Shown here: piece after piece, positions 1 to 13,141 of the stretch
Layout: every line of letters starts with the position of its first letter
Numbering within the stretch: position 1 is the stretch's first letter
From: Eledone cirrhosa
Lineage: Eukaryota
NCBI GenBank assembly: GCA_964016885.1
Contig: OZ024749.1
Span: 30,752,001-30,816,000, forward strand
Reading direction: 5' to 3'
DNA length: 64,000 bases
Program-made: the position numbers and the translations under genes
The notes under the pieces: model-generated
What the model was told of the DNA's origin: nothing
What the model saw: only the letters and a program-made list of their open reading frames with translations
Databases searched by the model: none

Positions 1-1286
1 AACACAGTGCCTTGAGAGACGCCACTGCTGACTTTTGCAGGGCTTGATTTTGCTCCTTCGACTACATGTTGGGACTCTGTCTCTCTGAAAACATTTGATC
101 CACTGTAGTAACTTTCCAGAGACACCAATGTTGGATAGTTTTTTCAATAGAATGTTGTGATCAACCCTGTCAAAGGCCTTACTGATTTCAAGGTAGATGA
201 CATCAGTGTTGGAGCCCTCTCCCAAAGCTCTCAAAATATCATCAAAGTGATGCAGGAGCTGCGGAACCCATGCTGGTTGGAGTTCAGCAGTCTGTTGCTT
301 TCGAGAAAATGGATTATTCGTGATCTCACCACCCACTCAAATACCTTGATAATATGAAAGGTGAGTGAGATCGGACGGTAGTTCACTGCAAGGGACTTGT
401 TTCTCCTGCTGAAACTGGGACAACGGATTAGGACAGAACGTTTTCAGGAATATAACCAGCATCTAGAGAGTTCCTCCACAGATTAGCAAGAGGAGATACT
501 AGTTGGTGCCAACACACCTTCATGAAGCAAGCAGGGAACCTATCGGGGCCTACTGCTGAATTGTGTTTAATTTCGTTTATTGCCGCTAATACACCAGGGG
601 CGACAAACGTTGTGTCCGGTATATTGTGCTGAGGATTAACATCACTGATACAGCCCAGATCGGCCATATCAGGATTGCTGAAAACAGAGCAGTTACTGTT
701 ACTGCAGTATATCACCCATGGTTTTAGCATTATCTCGAAGTGTGCTATTTTCATCAATTATAGGGCCAACAGTGGAGACAGTGACCTTGTGTTTTTTCGC
801 AAATGAAAAGAACACTTTGGTGTTGAGTTTGATTTTCTCAAATGTCCATTTATCCTCAGCTGTTTTTGGGTTATTGATGATGGTCTCCATGTATTGTTAG
901 AGGTTATCTTTTTTTGATTCAAGCTTTGCGATAGCATTCGAATGTGTGTGTTGTTGTTGGCAGTACTATAGTATGTTATTTTTTTGGTTTGTTCTATTAA
1001 TTTTTTTGATAATAGTTTTTTTCTGTTTTGGGGGATACTGCACTTACTTTTGCTGACAGGCCTTGGTGCGGTGTGTTTTGCACATATATTTGTGACTGTC
1101 CACAAAGATCTGCCAAGACGTTTTGATGTTGGAGGAAATGAGTGCGTGTGTAAAAGCCCAGTCAACATGTGAGAACTCGTTCATGATTGAATCCCAGTTG
1201 GCATTATATAGTTCCATATAAAATAGGTGGGCTGGAGAGAGGTCACCAGGATTAACTTTCGGCTGGTGGAATCATGGTCTGAAAGA

Positions 1287-1292
<6 letters not shown>
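1..1292 (-). mobile_element. Decayed CR1/L2-group LINE ORF2 fragment (linker + N-terminal RT), running off the window start
   Basis: Minus-strand reading across frameshifts/stops gives SAVGPDRFPACFMK, NYRPISLT, NQHGFR, VIYLEISKAFDRVDH and SGVSQGTV, which are non-LTR RT motifs of CR1-like type. Confidence 0.85.
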
Positions 1293-1373
<81 letters not shown>

Positions 1374-1501
1374 AACGTTTTATTTAAAATTGTTGGGTTA
1401 CAACAAGTAAATATTTTATAACTGATATAAAGCACTCGACAAGTTTTTGGAGTAGATATACGATATTAAACAAATGGAAACTATATTTATAAAACCATAT
1501 G

Positions 1502-1567
1502 TATTTCATTATACATATTTCGGGGATACCATATTAAAAATATGGCATGCCTTCGTCAGATAAAATA
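1502..1567 (-). ncRNA. Type I hammerhead ribozyme (mirror copy of 1686-1751)
   Basis: Reverse complement of the plus-strand hammerhead in the opposite palindrome arm. Confidence 0.8.
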
Positions 1568-1685
1568 CAATATATAAACAGTTTTATAAATAATTTTGAC
1601 GTACCATAAATATGAGCGACCATTACATAATGGTCGCTCATATTTATGGTACGTCAAAATTATTTATAAAACTGTTTATATATTG

Positions 1686-1751
1686 TATTTTATCTGACGA
1701 AGGCATGCCATATTTTTAATATGGTATCCCCGAAATATGTATAATGAAATA
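1686..1751 (+). ncRNA. Type I hammerhead ribozyme
   Basis: tattttat-CTGACGA-a-ggcatgccatatt..aatatggtatccc-c-GAAA-tatgta-TA-atgaaata: 8-bp stem I, long stem II, near-palindromic stem III, AUA site. Confidence 0.8.
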
Positions 1752-1816
1752 AATATGGTTTTATAAATATAGTGTCCATTTGTTTAATATCGTATATATT
1801 TATATATACGATATAT

Positions 1817-2031
1817 ATGCTCACCGACATCCAGAGTTGACATTGCACTCAGTGCTCCTTTGGGAGCCCCTACATGGACACACTAGAAGAGGAAGACCAA
1901 GGTTAACATATGTTGATGCCCTAAGGACAGACACTGGTCTGTTGGAGATGCAGGATATGGCAGCGATAATGAGGGACAGAGACCGCTGGAGAGAACTCGT
2001 CCATGGATCTCGGGAATTTTACCCGCCTTAA
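1817..2031 (+). mobile_element. RTE-clade LINE 3' fragment
   Basis: [39 protein letters not shown]...DRDRWR is an RTE C-terminus. Near-identical copy at 31695-31903. Confidence 0.85.
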
Positions 2032-2115
2032 ATGTAGATATATATATATATATATATTTTAAAAAATGGTTTGAATTTTGCTTGTTCTGCTTATCTCAAT
2101 ATATATGTATGTATG

Positions 2116-2400
<285 letters not shown>

Positions 2401-2875
2401 GTTTGACCCCGACGGGAGAGCTCAAGCCGTTTCCTATTACCCACTCTACTACCCTAAGTATTGAGTACTCTGGTGCGTTGTGGTCCATCTGGTTCTTTAC
2501 CACATCTCCTTCGTCATATATGTATATTCCCCCCGTTCGCGATGTTAACGATTTTCCTTCTTTCTTACATTGGATTCCTCTCGAAAGGTCTATTTTCTAC
2601 TCGCTCATATATTCACCCAGCTTATACTGATAGAATAACTATGTAGCTTGTGTCTTTCCTATCTTCGGTTAGCTTTCCTCTGTGTTGTTTACTTGTCTCA
2701 CTCGCTTTACGCGTTTTAATTGTCCTAATAACTTATTTTAGTTATTATTGCGCCAACGTGAGGTATATGATTTTTAATGCAATGAAATACCTATGACCGT
2801 TGGTAAATCACTGATGAGGGACTCATTTTATAACATGTTATCCATGTGCAACCATGCAGTATTCTTCTCTCCATT
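2401..2875. mobile_element. Composite of two repeated non-coding modules (families B and D), probably Penelope pLTR-derived
   Basis: 2401-2510 matches 9310-9510, 42860-43050 and 50590-50785. ~2690-2830 matches 38625-38780. 2830-2870 matches 33475-33520 (rc). Confidence 0.6.
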
Positions 2876-3420
2876 TTTTCACATATATATATATATATAC
2901 ATATATATGTACATATATGTTGATAGATATATTGATACGTACGTATTTATGTATGTATATAGATATTTCTACTACATCTATTTCTTTTATTTTTCTTGCT
3001 CTTCTTTTTCTAATACCCCCTCCTCCTCCCCATTCCCACCCCCTCCTCCTCCATCTTCTTCTATCCTCCAGTAAAACCTATGATAAAACCATATATTGCC
3101 GAATAAAACCTTTACTCAATCATATATTCCATTGATTCAGGTAATGCGTTTCTCAAGGAATCCATCTTCTATACGAACATATATTTCAAAATAGCTTCGC
3201 AATATTGCCATTTATCATTCCATTTGCTGGTGTATGTATGTATCGCATGTAAATAAGTATGTATTTATGTATGTACCTGTATGTGTAAGTATGTATATGT
3301 AATTTAACTATATATGTAATATATATATATATATGTTATATTGTATATGTTATATTGTATATGTATCTATCTATCTATCTATCTATCTATATATCTATCT
3401 ATCTATCTATCTATCTATCT

Positions 3421-6400
3421 ACCACCCCACCCAACAACCCATCCCCCACCCTAATGGAAATTGTGCAGCCCGATACCCGGGACGCAGAGAGGTAAGTGCC
3501 TTTTCTCTTCACCACCAACATGGCTATGCTAAGAGTAGGCTGTTTAAATGCGCGTGGCCTGGGCTCAACTTGGAAGCAAGCAATGCTTCTAAATGACCTC
3601 AGGTCACAACGTATAGATGTGATGGTTATTTGCGAGGCCCGGATCAGCAACGTGCGACAGCTGGCCCCCACCTTTGATGACTTTGAGATGCACGCATCTC
3701 TCTGTCAGCCCGGAGGTGGGGGTGGAGTTGTCGTTCTGCTGCAAAAACATCTGGGTCTCGCAACACAGATGGTACATTTGGACCCGGAGGGTCGACTAGT
3801 GGTTCTGGACCTTGGCAGTGGTAAAGGCGGAGCGTTTAGGTTGGTAGCCGCCTACGGCCCTTTCGGGTCAATGCGGCCGGACTTCTTCCATCGTCTGGAG
3901 ACTTTTCTGGGGACGTCCCGCTCCTTGCTATTAGTGGGGGACTGGAATGGTATCCTAGATGCACGCTGGGACTACGTAGGGGCCTGCCCCGATAGAGAGG
4001 GGTGTAATAGCCTCAAAGGGTTAATCGGTCGATTTGACCTGGCCGATAGATATCGACTAGATTTTCCGACTGCGCCAACCTGGACTTGGGCAAATCGTAG
4101 CGGATCATCTAGGTCGTACCTAGATAGGTTCTTAGTTAGAATTAAGGATAAGGACTTTTTAAGTTGTCCAAAAATGCGCATGGTTGGCTATTCAGACCAC
4201 AAATTAGTGACCTGCATGGTCAACCTTGACAGAACTCATAGACAGGGCCCCGGTTACTGGAAGCTCAACTTGTCCTTGCCGGCAAGTAGAGCCTACAGGA
4301 ATCGGATTAGTACGTTAGTTAAGGAACGGTTGACTGGAGCGATCGTCAACAGCAGGTGGTGGGTATCTCTAAAGAGAGAGATTAGAGTAGTCTCGATAGA
4401 ATTTAGTAAGGTTCTAGCTGCGGATAGGAATAGGAAGGAAAGGGAGCTAATAGATAGAGTAGAAGAGGCAATTAGAAGCGGCGACGTGGCCAGAGTGCTA
4501 GCGTCGAGAACGGCTTTGAGCCAGTTTTTCGACGCGAAGCACGAAGGCTGCGTTGTCCGAAGTAAAATACGTGCTCTAGGGAACGAGGGGACCAAAGCTG
4601 TTAGCTGGGCCCGCGTGACAGAGGCCAACAGTGGAACTAAATCCACCATCCGGTCTTTGCGAGACCTGGATGGACGGGCGATTCTTGAGCCTAAGCAGAT
4701 GTGTGAGGCCTTTCAAAGGCACTTTGCCCGACTGTTCGGGAGGGGCGGGGAGCCGGTTGGGAACGTGGACTTCGGTCCATACCTCGACGGCCTGCCGCGC
4801 CTCTCGGACAGGGAGGCGAAGTCCTGCGAGGAGCCGATTTCGGCCGCTGAGATAGAGGACGTGCTGAGCCAATGCGGCAAACGCAAATCCCCGGGTCTCG
4901 ATGGTCTTCCTTACGAATTATATCTAGCTATGCCGGACTTGTTCCCCGATCTCCTCGAGGCGGTCTACTGCAACTGGCAACAGAATGGGAGAATTCCCTG
5001 TACTGTGACCAAGGGCGTAGTCACGCTAGTGAGGAAGGACGAGAACAAGGGGGACGAAATAAGTAACTTCAGGCCCATAACTCTGCTAAATACAGAGTTA
5101 CAGATTTTGGCCAAGGTGCTAGCAAAGAGGTTGGCGCTTGTCGTGGGCAACCTGGTGGGAGATGCGCAGACATGCGCTATCCCGTCCAGGTCCATCCATG
5201 ACAACCTCCACCTCATGCGATACATCATAGAGAGGGTTGGGAACGAACCCGGCTTTGGTGGGGCTCTGATCAACTTGGATCAATCTAAGGCGTTCGATAG
5301 GGTCGACCATGGTTACCTGGATGCGGTGCTAGCGGCGGCAGGCTTCGGACCCGTTTTCAGGGGCTGGATCACTGCTATGCACAGCAGCCGCATCTGCTCT
5401 AGGGTCAAGGTGAACGGCTACCTCTCGGAGCCGTTCAAAATCGCGCGGTCCATCCGACAGGGGTGCCCTCTCTCCTCCCTTCTGTATGTGTTGACTCTCG
5501 AGCCACTACTGCGGAAGTTGGAGTTGTTGCAGGGCATCCCTTTGGAACCGGGATTGCGGAAAGCGGTGTCGGCCTACGCCGATGACGTGACAGTAATGGT
5601 GTCGACGGCCTCCGAAATCGAGGCGGTCGGCACCTTACTGGAGGAGTACGAAAAGTTCACAGGGGCTAAGCTGAACCGGGACAAGTCGATCGGTTTGCAA
5701 CTCGGCACGTGGAGGGGCAGACCGATGCCCTCCGATGGCGTCGTCGGACGCTGGACGGAGGGCCCGGTGAAGTTGCTCGGGGTCTGGTTCGGACCGGACC
5801 TCCAGGTGGAGAAAAACTGGGCGGAGGTTACGAACAGGGTGTTTGCACTGACCCAGAAGTGGGCCAGTTGCAAACTATCCCTGAAAGGTCGGGCGGAGGT
5901 GGCGAACACCTACATAGCGTCCGTCATCTACTACCGCCTGACCGTAGTGCCCTGCCCAAGGGAAACCCTCACCAAGATGGAGCGCGCGCTCTTCCAATTC
6001 CTTTGGAAGAGGCGGGCTCCTATGGTGAGGAGATCCATCTGCTGTCAACACCCTTCGAAAGGAGGGCTGGGGATGCCGTGGCTAATGATGCGTAAACACG
6101 CATTAAGGCTACGGCACCTCTACGTATTCCTCACCGGACAACCGGTGTGGGCCTCGTTTGTGAGGCGAACCTTTCCCAGACTCGTCTCACTCACCGAGCT
6201 GCAATCCTGGGTCAAGCAAAGACCGAGAAAACTGGGCGCCTGGCACACTGAGTGTGCCCAGGCGCTCACCGCCCTCTGGCAGGCGGATCCGGTTATCAGT
6301 GGAGACTCCACCGCAACATTCTATAGAGGGCTGGTACGCAGCAGGTGCGACGACGCCCTCGGAGAAGCCCTAGACATGGAGGAGGACGAACTGGCCAGCC

Positions 6401-7220
6401 TGTTCGGTAGGACATTCAGCCCGGGACCTATGGACAACTTCCAGAAGTCCCTGGCCTGGCAGTGCTACCGAGGGGCTTTACCCGTTCGAGAAAGGCTCTA
6501 CAGACACGGGCGCCCGGGTAGGGACCCCGCCAAAAAGATCTGTCCCAGATGCGTGTGCGACGAGGAAACCGTTGCACACGCATTGGTACACTGCTCGGGC
6601 GTAGCCGATCTGTGGGGCTATGTCGAACAACTGCTGTCAAGGGTGGAACCGATCCGGTTGACCACCGAGTCTATTGTAATGATCAAGCCGCCTCCCCCCT
6701 TCAAAGATGAAGCAGAGGCGGTGTTTCTGTGCGTAATAGCCATGGCGAAAGAGGTTGTATGGTGGACGCGTCTGAAAGGACTGAGGTCAGGCACCTTTCT
6801 CTCTGGCCAACAACTGGTCCGTTTCTTCCGATATCATTTCGGAAGAAGGATCAGGATGGAGAGAGAGGTGCTGCACCCCAGCCGTTTCTATGAAAGATGG
6901 GTGAAAGTGGCGAGAATGGCCCGTGTGAATGGGCCTTCACTCTACATCAGACTATAGGTGAGGAAGATGAAAGACCAAGGGAGCACCCCTTCTCTGTGCT
7001 CCTGAGGAGAAGGGTTGCACACTTTTTTCGGGGGTGTGTGCGACCCCCCAAGGCGCCTCCTCTCTATTGAGGATTTTGTTAAAAATTTTATTTTTTGTTA
7101 TATCTTATTTTATTTTTATATTTTGTTATTGCCTCCTCCTTATTGAGGACGCCTTTTTGTGTAAACTCCCCCCTTTGTACTTGTCCCACTTTTGATGCCC
7201 TAGTGGCAAATAAAAGAAAT
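3421..7220 (+). mobile_element. Tx1/L1-clade non-LTR retrotransposon, 5'-truncated within ORF1, inserted in (ATCT)n
   Basis: GC-rich island with intact ORF2 and a 3' UTR ending GCCCTAGTGGC-AAATAAAAGAAAT. Flanked on both sides by (TATC)n (3365-3420, 7221-7495). Confidence 0.92.
3520..6957 (+). CDS. LINE ORF2: APE endonuclease, reverse transcriptase, C-terminal CCHC zinc knuckle (1145 aa from ATG 3520)
   Basis: APE motifs GCLNARGL, LLVGDWN, YLDRFL, SDH. RT motifs KSPGLDGLPYE, NFRPITLLN, LDQSKAFDRVDH, RQGCPLS, YADD, KLLGV. C-terminal CPRC..E...HALVHC. No stops or frameshifts. Confidence 0.95.
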   Translation: MAMLRVGCLNARGLGSTWKQAMLLNDLRSQRIDVMVICEARISNVRQLAPTFDDFEMHASLCQPGGGGGVVVLLQKHLGLATQMVHLDPEGRLVVLDLGSGKGGAFRLVAAYGPFGSMRPDFFHRLETFLGTSRSLLLVGDWNGILDARWDYVGACPDREGCNSLKGLIGRFDLADRYRLDFPTAPTWTWANRSGSSRSYLDRFLVRIKDKDFLSCPKMRMVGYSDHKLVTCMVNLDRTHRQGPGYWKLNLSLPASRAYRNRISTLVKERLTGAIVNSRWWVSLKREIRVVSIEFSKVLAADRNRKERELIDRVEEAIRSGDVARVLASRTALSQFFDAKHEGCVVRSKIRALGNEGTKAVSWARVTEANSGTKSTIRSLRDLDGRAILEPKQMCEAFQRHFARLFGRGGEPVGNVDFGPYLDGLPRLSDREAKSCEEPISAAEIEDVLSQCGKRKSPGLDGLPYELYLAMPDLFPDLLEAVYCNWQQNGRIPCTVTKGVVTLVRKDENKGDEISNFRPITLLNTELQILAKVLAKRLALVVGNLVGDAQTCAIPSRSIHDNLHLMRYIIERVGNEPGFGGALINLDQSKAFDRVDHGYLDAVLAAAGFGPVFRGWITAMHSSRICSRVKVNGYLSEPFKIARSIRQGCPLSSLLYVLTLEPLLRKLELLQGIPLEPGLRKAVSAYADDVTVMVSTASEIEAVGTLLEEYEKFTGAKLNRDKSIGLQLGTWRGRPMPSDGVVGRWTEGPVKLLGVWFGPDLQVEKNWAEVTNRVFALTQKWASCKLSLKGRAEVANTYIASVIYYRLTVVPCPRETLTKMERALFQFLWKRRAPMVRRSICCQHPSKGGLGMPWLMMRKHALRLRHLYVFLTGQPVWASFVRRTFPRLVSLTELQSWVKQRPRKLGAWHTECAQALTALWQADPVISGDSTATFYRGLVRSRCDDALGEALDMEEDELASLFGRTFSPGPMDNFQKSLAWQCYRGALPVRERLYRHGRPGRDPAKKICPRCVCDEETVAHALVHCSGVADLWGYVEQLLSRVEPIRLTTESIVMIKPPPPFKDEAEAVFLCVIAMAKEVVWWTRLKGLRSGTFLSGQQLVRFFRYHFGRRIRMEREVLHPSRFYERWVKVARMARVNGPSLYIRL

Positions 7221-7495
<275 letters not shown>

Positions 7496-7594
7496 GTTAT
7501 TGCCTCCTCCTTATTGAGGACGCCTTTTCATGTAAACTTCCTCCATTGTATTTGTCCCACTTTTTGATGCCCTGGTGGCAAATAAAAAGAAAAT
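7496..7594 (+). mobile_element. Second, extremely 5'-truncated Tx1 copy (3' UTR only) in the same (ATCT)n array
   Basis: gttattgcctcctccttattgaggacgcc...gatgccctggtggcaaataaaaagaaa matches 7125-7220 with substitutions, and is followed by (TATC)n. Confidence 0.9.
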
Positions 7595-8008
7595 TATCTA
7601 TCTATCTATCTATCTATCAATCTATCTATCTATAAATATAGTATTTCTATTGTATTATATTGTTCCATACAAATACTGTCGCCATTTCGTCAGTGATGTG
7701 ATGGCATTGTATGTATAATCTATTGAGATATATTGGAAGAGGGTAGCGAAGAGCGGAGAATTTGTTGATTTGTTAGAATGTCTCAAAGAATGCTTTGTGG
7801 CATACGTTTCATCTTTCTGTCTACTGACGTCATGTCCCACTGATTTCAACTTATGTTTTCAGCACAATAAATAAATAAAATACCAGTCCTGTATTGAGGC
7901 AGATTCCTCCTCAATATCTAAAGTCTGTCTCGAGCTCTGGAATAGTTTGACATGGTGCTCAGATACCAAAACCGGTAGGAACAGCCAAATATCTAGTATC
8001 TTCCAAAT

Positions 8009-8124
8009 AATAATTGTTTCTACTTTTGGCACTAGGCCAGCAATTACACAGTACATTACTGGTACTTTATTTTATCGACCCCGTAAGGATGAAAGGCAAA
8101 GTTAACCTCGGCTGGATTTGAACT
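8009..8124 (-). mobile_element. tRNA-derived SINE, 3' part (Meta-domain-like GCCTTTCATCCTTACGGGGTCGATAAAATAAAGTACCAG)
   Basis: Same family recurs many times in the window, e.g. 14525, 21030, 21470, 29413, 29575, 54380, 54660, 58848, 59237, 62225, 62430. Confidence 0.85.
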
Positions 8125-8559
8125 TATCTTCCAAATAATAATAAGAATCAGAAGGAAAAGAAGAAGAAGATGCTACCACTCCCACCCCCTCATGGTTAAC
8201 ACTGTCCTCTTTGTACGCGGTGCATCACCTTTCATCTCGCTTTCAGATTTGTATGTCATTTCGTCCGTTCTGTTGGCCTTGTCGTCGAACACGCGTCATA
8301 AGGCAAGAAATGTTTATTTTCTCGTGCATGAGTTATCATATTAAATTGCGGTCATCTCAATTAATTCGTGTGAAACCACAAACAGCATTAGAGCTGACGA
8401 GGTCAAATGTGTATCGATTTCTGTATCTTTGATAACTTTAATCTCGACTCTTCTTTTGATCCTAATCTACATGTGTCTTCCTTTCTTTCTTCTCATCAAT
8501 TCTACGTGCCAATACACTTCTTCTACTTGTCCACCTCGCTCATGCATTTGTCTCGTCTA

Positions 8560-8910
8560 CATCGCACTACATGGCTGAATACGATACATGTAATCTGAGT
8601 TCTTCGAATATTAATAATAATATTCTATTCGTTTGAAATTATGCAAACATCCTCTTTCAAGCCATGTCAGTAGAATGGACCCCTCATCCTTGCTCTTGTA
8701 TCGGCATGTAAACAGAACTGCAGACACTTATGTTTCTGGGTGGTTACCCTTCATAGTTTACATGCCAACACAACAACAACGATGAGGGGTTCATTCTACT
8801 GACATGGCTTGAAAGAGGCTGTTTGCATAATTGCAACCGAATGGAATATTATTATCAATATTCGAAGAACTCAGATTACATGTATTGTATTCAGCCATGT
8901 AGTGCGATAA
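8560..8910. repeat. Fold-back inverted repeat module next to (TA)n
   Basis: Arms ~8560-8690 and ~8781-8908 are reverse complements with a few mismatches. No convincing hammerhead core. Confidence 0.8.
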
Positions 8911-8918
8911 CTTTTTGT

Positions 8919-8999
<81 letters not shown>

Positions 9000-9057
9000 A
9001 TGAAATCGAAAATGCATCAGATGTGAGAAAAACAACAGACCCTCCATCTCAACTCTA

Positions 9058-9093
9058 CTTTTGAAAAGCAGAAGAACTGCGAAACCGGTAAAG
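9058..9093 (+). ncRNA. Minimal hammerhead ribozyme, U3-A8 core variant
   Basis: ctt-TTGAAAA-gcag-aagaa-ctgc-GAAA-ccgg-TA-aag, with palindromic stem III ACCGGT. Lies inside a module with inverted ends at 8993-9016 and ~9139-9163. Confidence 0.7.
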
Positions 9094-9225
9094 GAACCAA
9101 ATAAATATATATATTTTTTTTAAAAATAAGACTTCAGTTGCATTTTCGATTTCATCTTTTTTCCTTTATATTTTCACTCGTGTAGGACACCTCGGATATT
9201 TTTTATTTTGTAAAAAAACCTCACC

Positions 9226-9309
<84 letters not shown>

Positions 9310-9312
<3 letters not shown>

Positions 9313-9504
9313 CAAAGGAATTGTGGTAAGGAACCAGATGGACCATAACGCACCAGAGTAGTCAATACGTAGGGTAGTAGAGTGGGAAATAGGAAAAAGT
9401 GTGACCGAAGCATAGCTCAAGCCGTTTCGACGGGTATTTCTAGATTGGAGTCCAGAAATAGCCGTCGAAACGGCTTGAGCTCTTCTGTCGGGGTCATACT
9501 TTTT

Positions 9505-9510
<6 letters not shown>
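9310..9510. mobile_element. Family B fold-back module
   Basis: Hairpin gagctcaagccgtttcgacgg...ccgtcgaaacggcttgagctc flanked by (TA)n. Homologs at 2401, 42860 and 50590. Confidence 0.7.
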
Positions 9511-9546
<36 letters not shown>

Positions 9547-9890
9547 GTACGAGAAATCGAGGAATGCTGTCACATAAAAGTTAGACGAAATATTATAATT
9601 TCATATGATTTCATGAAAGTCAATATTTTCTATGAAATCACATACAGTCTATTTTGCGGTCTTTGTTCATATTTGATTGTTTACAGTCATTTATATCTCT
9701 ATTTTTAATTATTTGTTCTGTAATGTCTCTGTGTTGTTTAATATAAAGGTTGTTATGGTAGAATTAGCACGAGACATTTTCTAGGCAACACCATTAAAAT
9801 GGAAACAGAAACTATGTATAAAGGAAGTAGCTAACAGTCACAGACACATTTCCTTAAATATCCACTTCTATAAAAACGGCGGAGAGAGGG

Positions 9891-10054
<164 letters not shown>

Positions 10055-10063
10055 AAATAAATA

Positions 10064-10230
<167 letters not shown>

Positions 10231-11081
10231 AGAGAGATTGGGGGGAGAGAGAGACGTATCTTCGCAACGCATTTTTTGTTTAGTTGAATTAGCAGCAACA
10301 AAGAACAACATATACATCCAATCAAAAAATCTAAAAATAAATACACAAAATGGAGAATGGCAAATTTTCTGAACGTTGTTGTGGTAAATTACAGAAAATA
10401 AAGTATAACAACACAAAATAAATATATATATAAATATATAAATAAATAGTAACAAACGAGAACACACGTGAAAAGACGGTTATTTTTTCAAACCATTAAA
10501 TTTTTATATTCCTAATTTTATATGAACATATATGGAAGAGAGTTAAAAAGAACGTTGAAGAGAAGAGCAAACATGAGGAATTGTAAAGAAAAAAAAAATG
10601 AAGCAATCGCTTAGCTGTCTTTTCAAACATATCTTGTCAACCTCTGTACATATTCATGTTTTTGTCTATCACACAAAATATGAAAATGTATTCTTTGATC
10701 AGTTTTGGCCTAATGAGTAGTTAATGTATTAATTATTTTAATTGATGTTCTGTTAAACGTAAAAATAATTATACAAACAGTACAAACAAACTAGGAAAAC
10801 AATAAGACAAAAAAAATATATATGAAAACGAAAACGATGGCAGAAACGAAAAAAAAAAAAAATTAAATAGATAATAAAAAAAAAAAAGAATGCTTTAATG
10901 AAGAAAATATCCTCCGAAGCAGATAGAAAATGTTTCAAAGACTGTTTAAAAGAAACCTCTTAATGATATAATTAATTATTAACTGACATTGCATAAAGTG
11001 TGTCTCTTTTAAAATGAGCACCACGGCTCTTCATTAGTTAGTATATAATAATAAAAATAGTAGTAGTATTAGTACTAGTGT

Positions 11082-11134
<53 letters not shown>

Positions 11135-11679
11135 ACAATAAAAATCGTAGTGATTTCTTTATTCTTATTTATAATTTATTTTAATAATATCAATGATGAT
11201 GATGTTGATGATGATGATTATGTTGATAAGGATGATGAAAATGATGATGATAATGATAATGATTATATTGATGATGTTTACGATGTTGATGATGATGATG
11301 TTGATGATGATGATAATGAGGAAGATGATGATGATAATGATGATAAGTTGAACACGGTGAAATAAAAACATTCATTAAAAAGATCACTGATTCTGTAGCA
11401 GAGTAAATTTAGAATGATTCTCATTTTTACCATATTATTATCATGATATCATCTTCACGAGATAACTCTTTTAATACAGCACTTTCCTCTCAGTAGTCGT
11501 CCACTTTACAACATTATGGTTTAGCAAATTCGTTCATGCATTGTTCGTCAGTTACTTTATCTAGTACCCATGTCACCATGTACACTCTGTTGCCTTCCAA
11601 TTTGGAATATTTCTCGATCGTACTGAAACCGTTTTTTTTTTATTTTTATTAATTACTACTACCTAGTCTAGAATGAAGC

Positions 11680-11915
11680 TAGAATGTCTGAGGAAAAATC
11701 GTTGGAGAGATTTTACGAGAAAAATTAAGCGGCAGGAGACCGAAGGGTAGATCCTGAGCAAATTGGTTGGATATCATCCATGAGCTTGGCTGATCTCGCT
11801 TGGGGATCCAATCGGATCAGGTGGAGACGTTGCTTCTGACAGGACCCGCTGGAAAGTGCTTGAGGAATCTACCTCCAAGACCCTCTCAGGAATAAGTGGG
11901 CGAAGAAGAAGAATT
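11680..11915 (+). mobile_element. Decayed RTE LINE 3' end (Expander/Rex3-like)
   Basis: Reads RMSEE...GRRPKGR...WLD...RLGI...DRTRW...LPPRP and ends in a (GAA)n-like tail. Confidence 0.7.
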
Positions 11916-12584
11916 ACTGCTACCTTTCACCTTAAACACCTTTCTAATTTTTGTATCTTTTTCAACCAGACCGACTCTTTGTTGTGATTTAGCAGACTAC
12001 CCCATATTGCTATCCAACATCTATCACATTATTGTGAGTTTGGCCTTACAAAATCATCATTTGAGTGATACTAGCGCTGTGAAATCTTACACTCTTCTTA
12101 TTAATAACCGCACAGTTTCTTTCTAGGGACTATGTTTAAAAATAAACCTCATTTGTTCATTCCATGAGAGAACCATGGTCAGCCTATGAACATTTCAGCC
12201 TATGAAATGATCAACCGACCCTTGTAGATATGCATTTTACAGGTCCTTCTGCAAACGTGCCTCACTGCACTTGCCATTCATATGATGTTGTAAAATAGAT
12301 TTGATTCGGATCATATGGGTTGTTTCACGTTTTTGAACGTATGTGTTGAATTTTGAAGCTTACGTTATGAGACCCCATTTTGATATTAATATTACCCCTA
12401 ATCTAATGTTTCTGTGATTGCAATATAGACAATATACATAGAACATATGGAAATAATCAATATATATCCAATATATTGTTTCTCTATATTGTAAAAACTT
12501 GGGCTAATTTAACAGAGAGTCTCATTATTCATAGTATAAAGCTGTAATGTATGTATCTGTGTTTCTTTATCAATGTGTGCGTCT

Positions 12585-12800
<216 letters not shown>

Positions 12801-12832
12801 CATATACATCATATATATATATATACATACAT

Positions 12833-12873
<41 letters not shown>

Positions 12874-12905
12874 ATGTATATATACATACATACATATATA
12901 TATAG

Positions 12906-13141
<236 letters not shown>

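Larger units (their letters stand above)
1370..1800. mobile_element. Fold-back Penelope pLTR/retrozyme-like module (family A) in (TA)n
   Basis: Near-perfect inverted repeat with arms ~1456-1625 and 1628-1797 around a 2-nt centre. Each arm holds a hammerhead. A homolog lies at ~63710-63860. Confidence 0.8.

Noticed and set aside
3972-6640. Short antisense and alternative-frame ORFs within the LINE
   Set aside because: By-products of the GC-rich ORF2, with no independent motifs.
11165-11387. Asp-rich or His-rich ORFs
   Set aside because: (GAT)n and (TAG)n trinucleotide microsatellite.
12405-12505. Hairpin after CTGTGA resembling a long-stem-II hammerhead
   Set aside because: Both core boxes are defective and stems I and III are missing.
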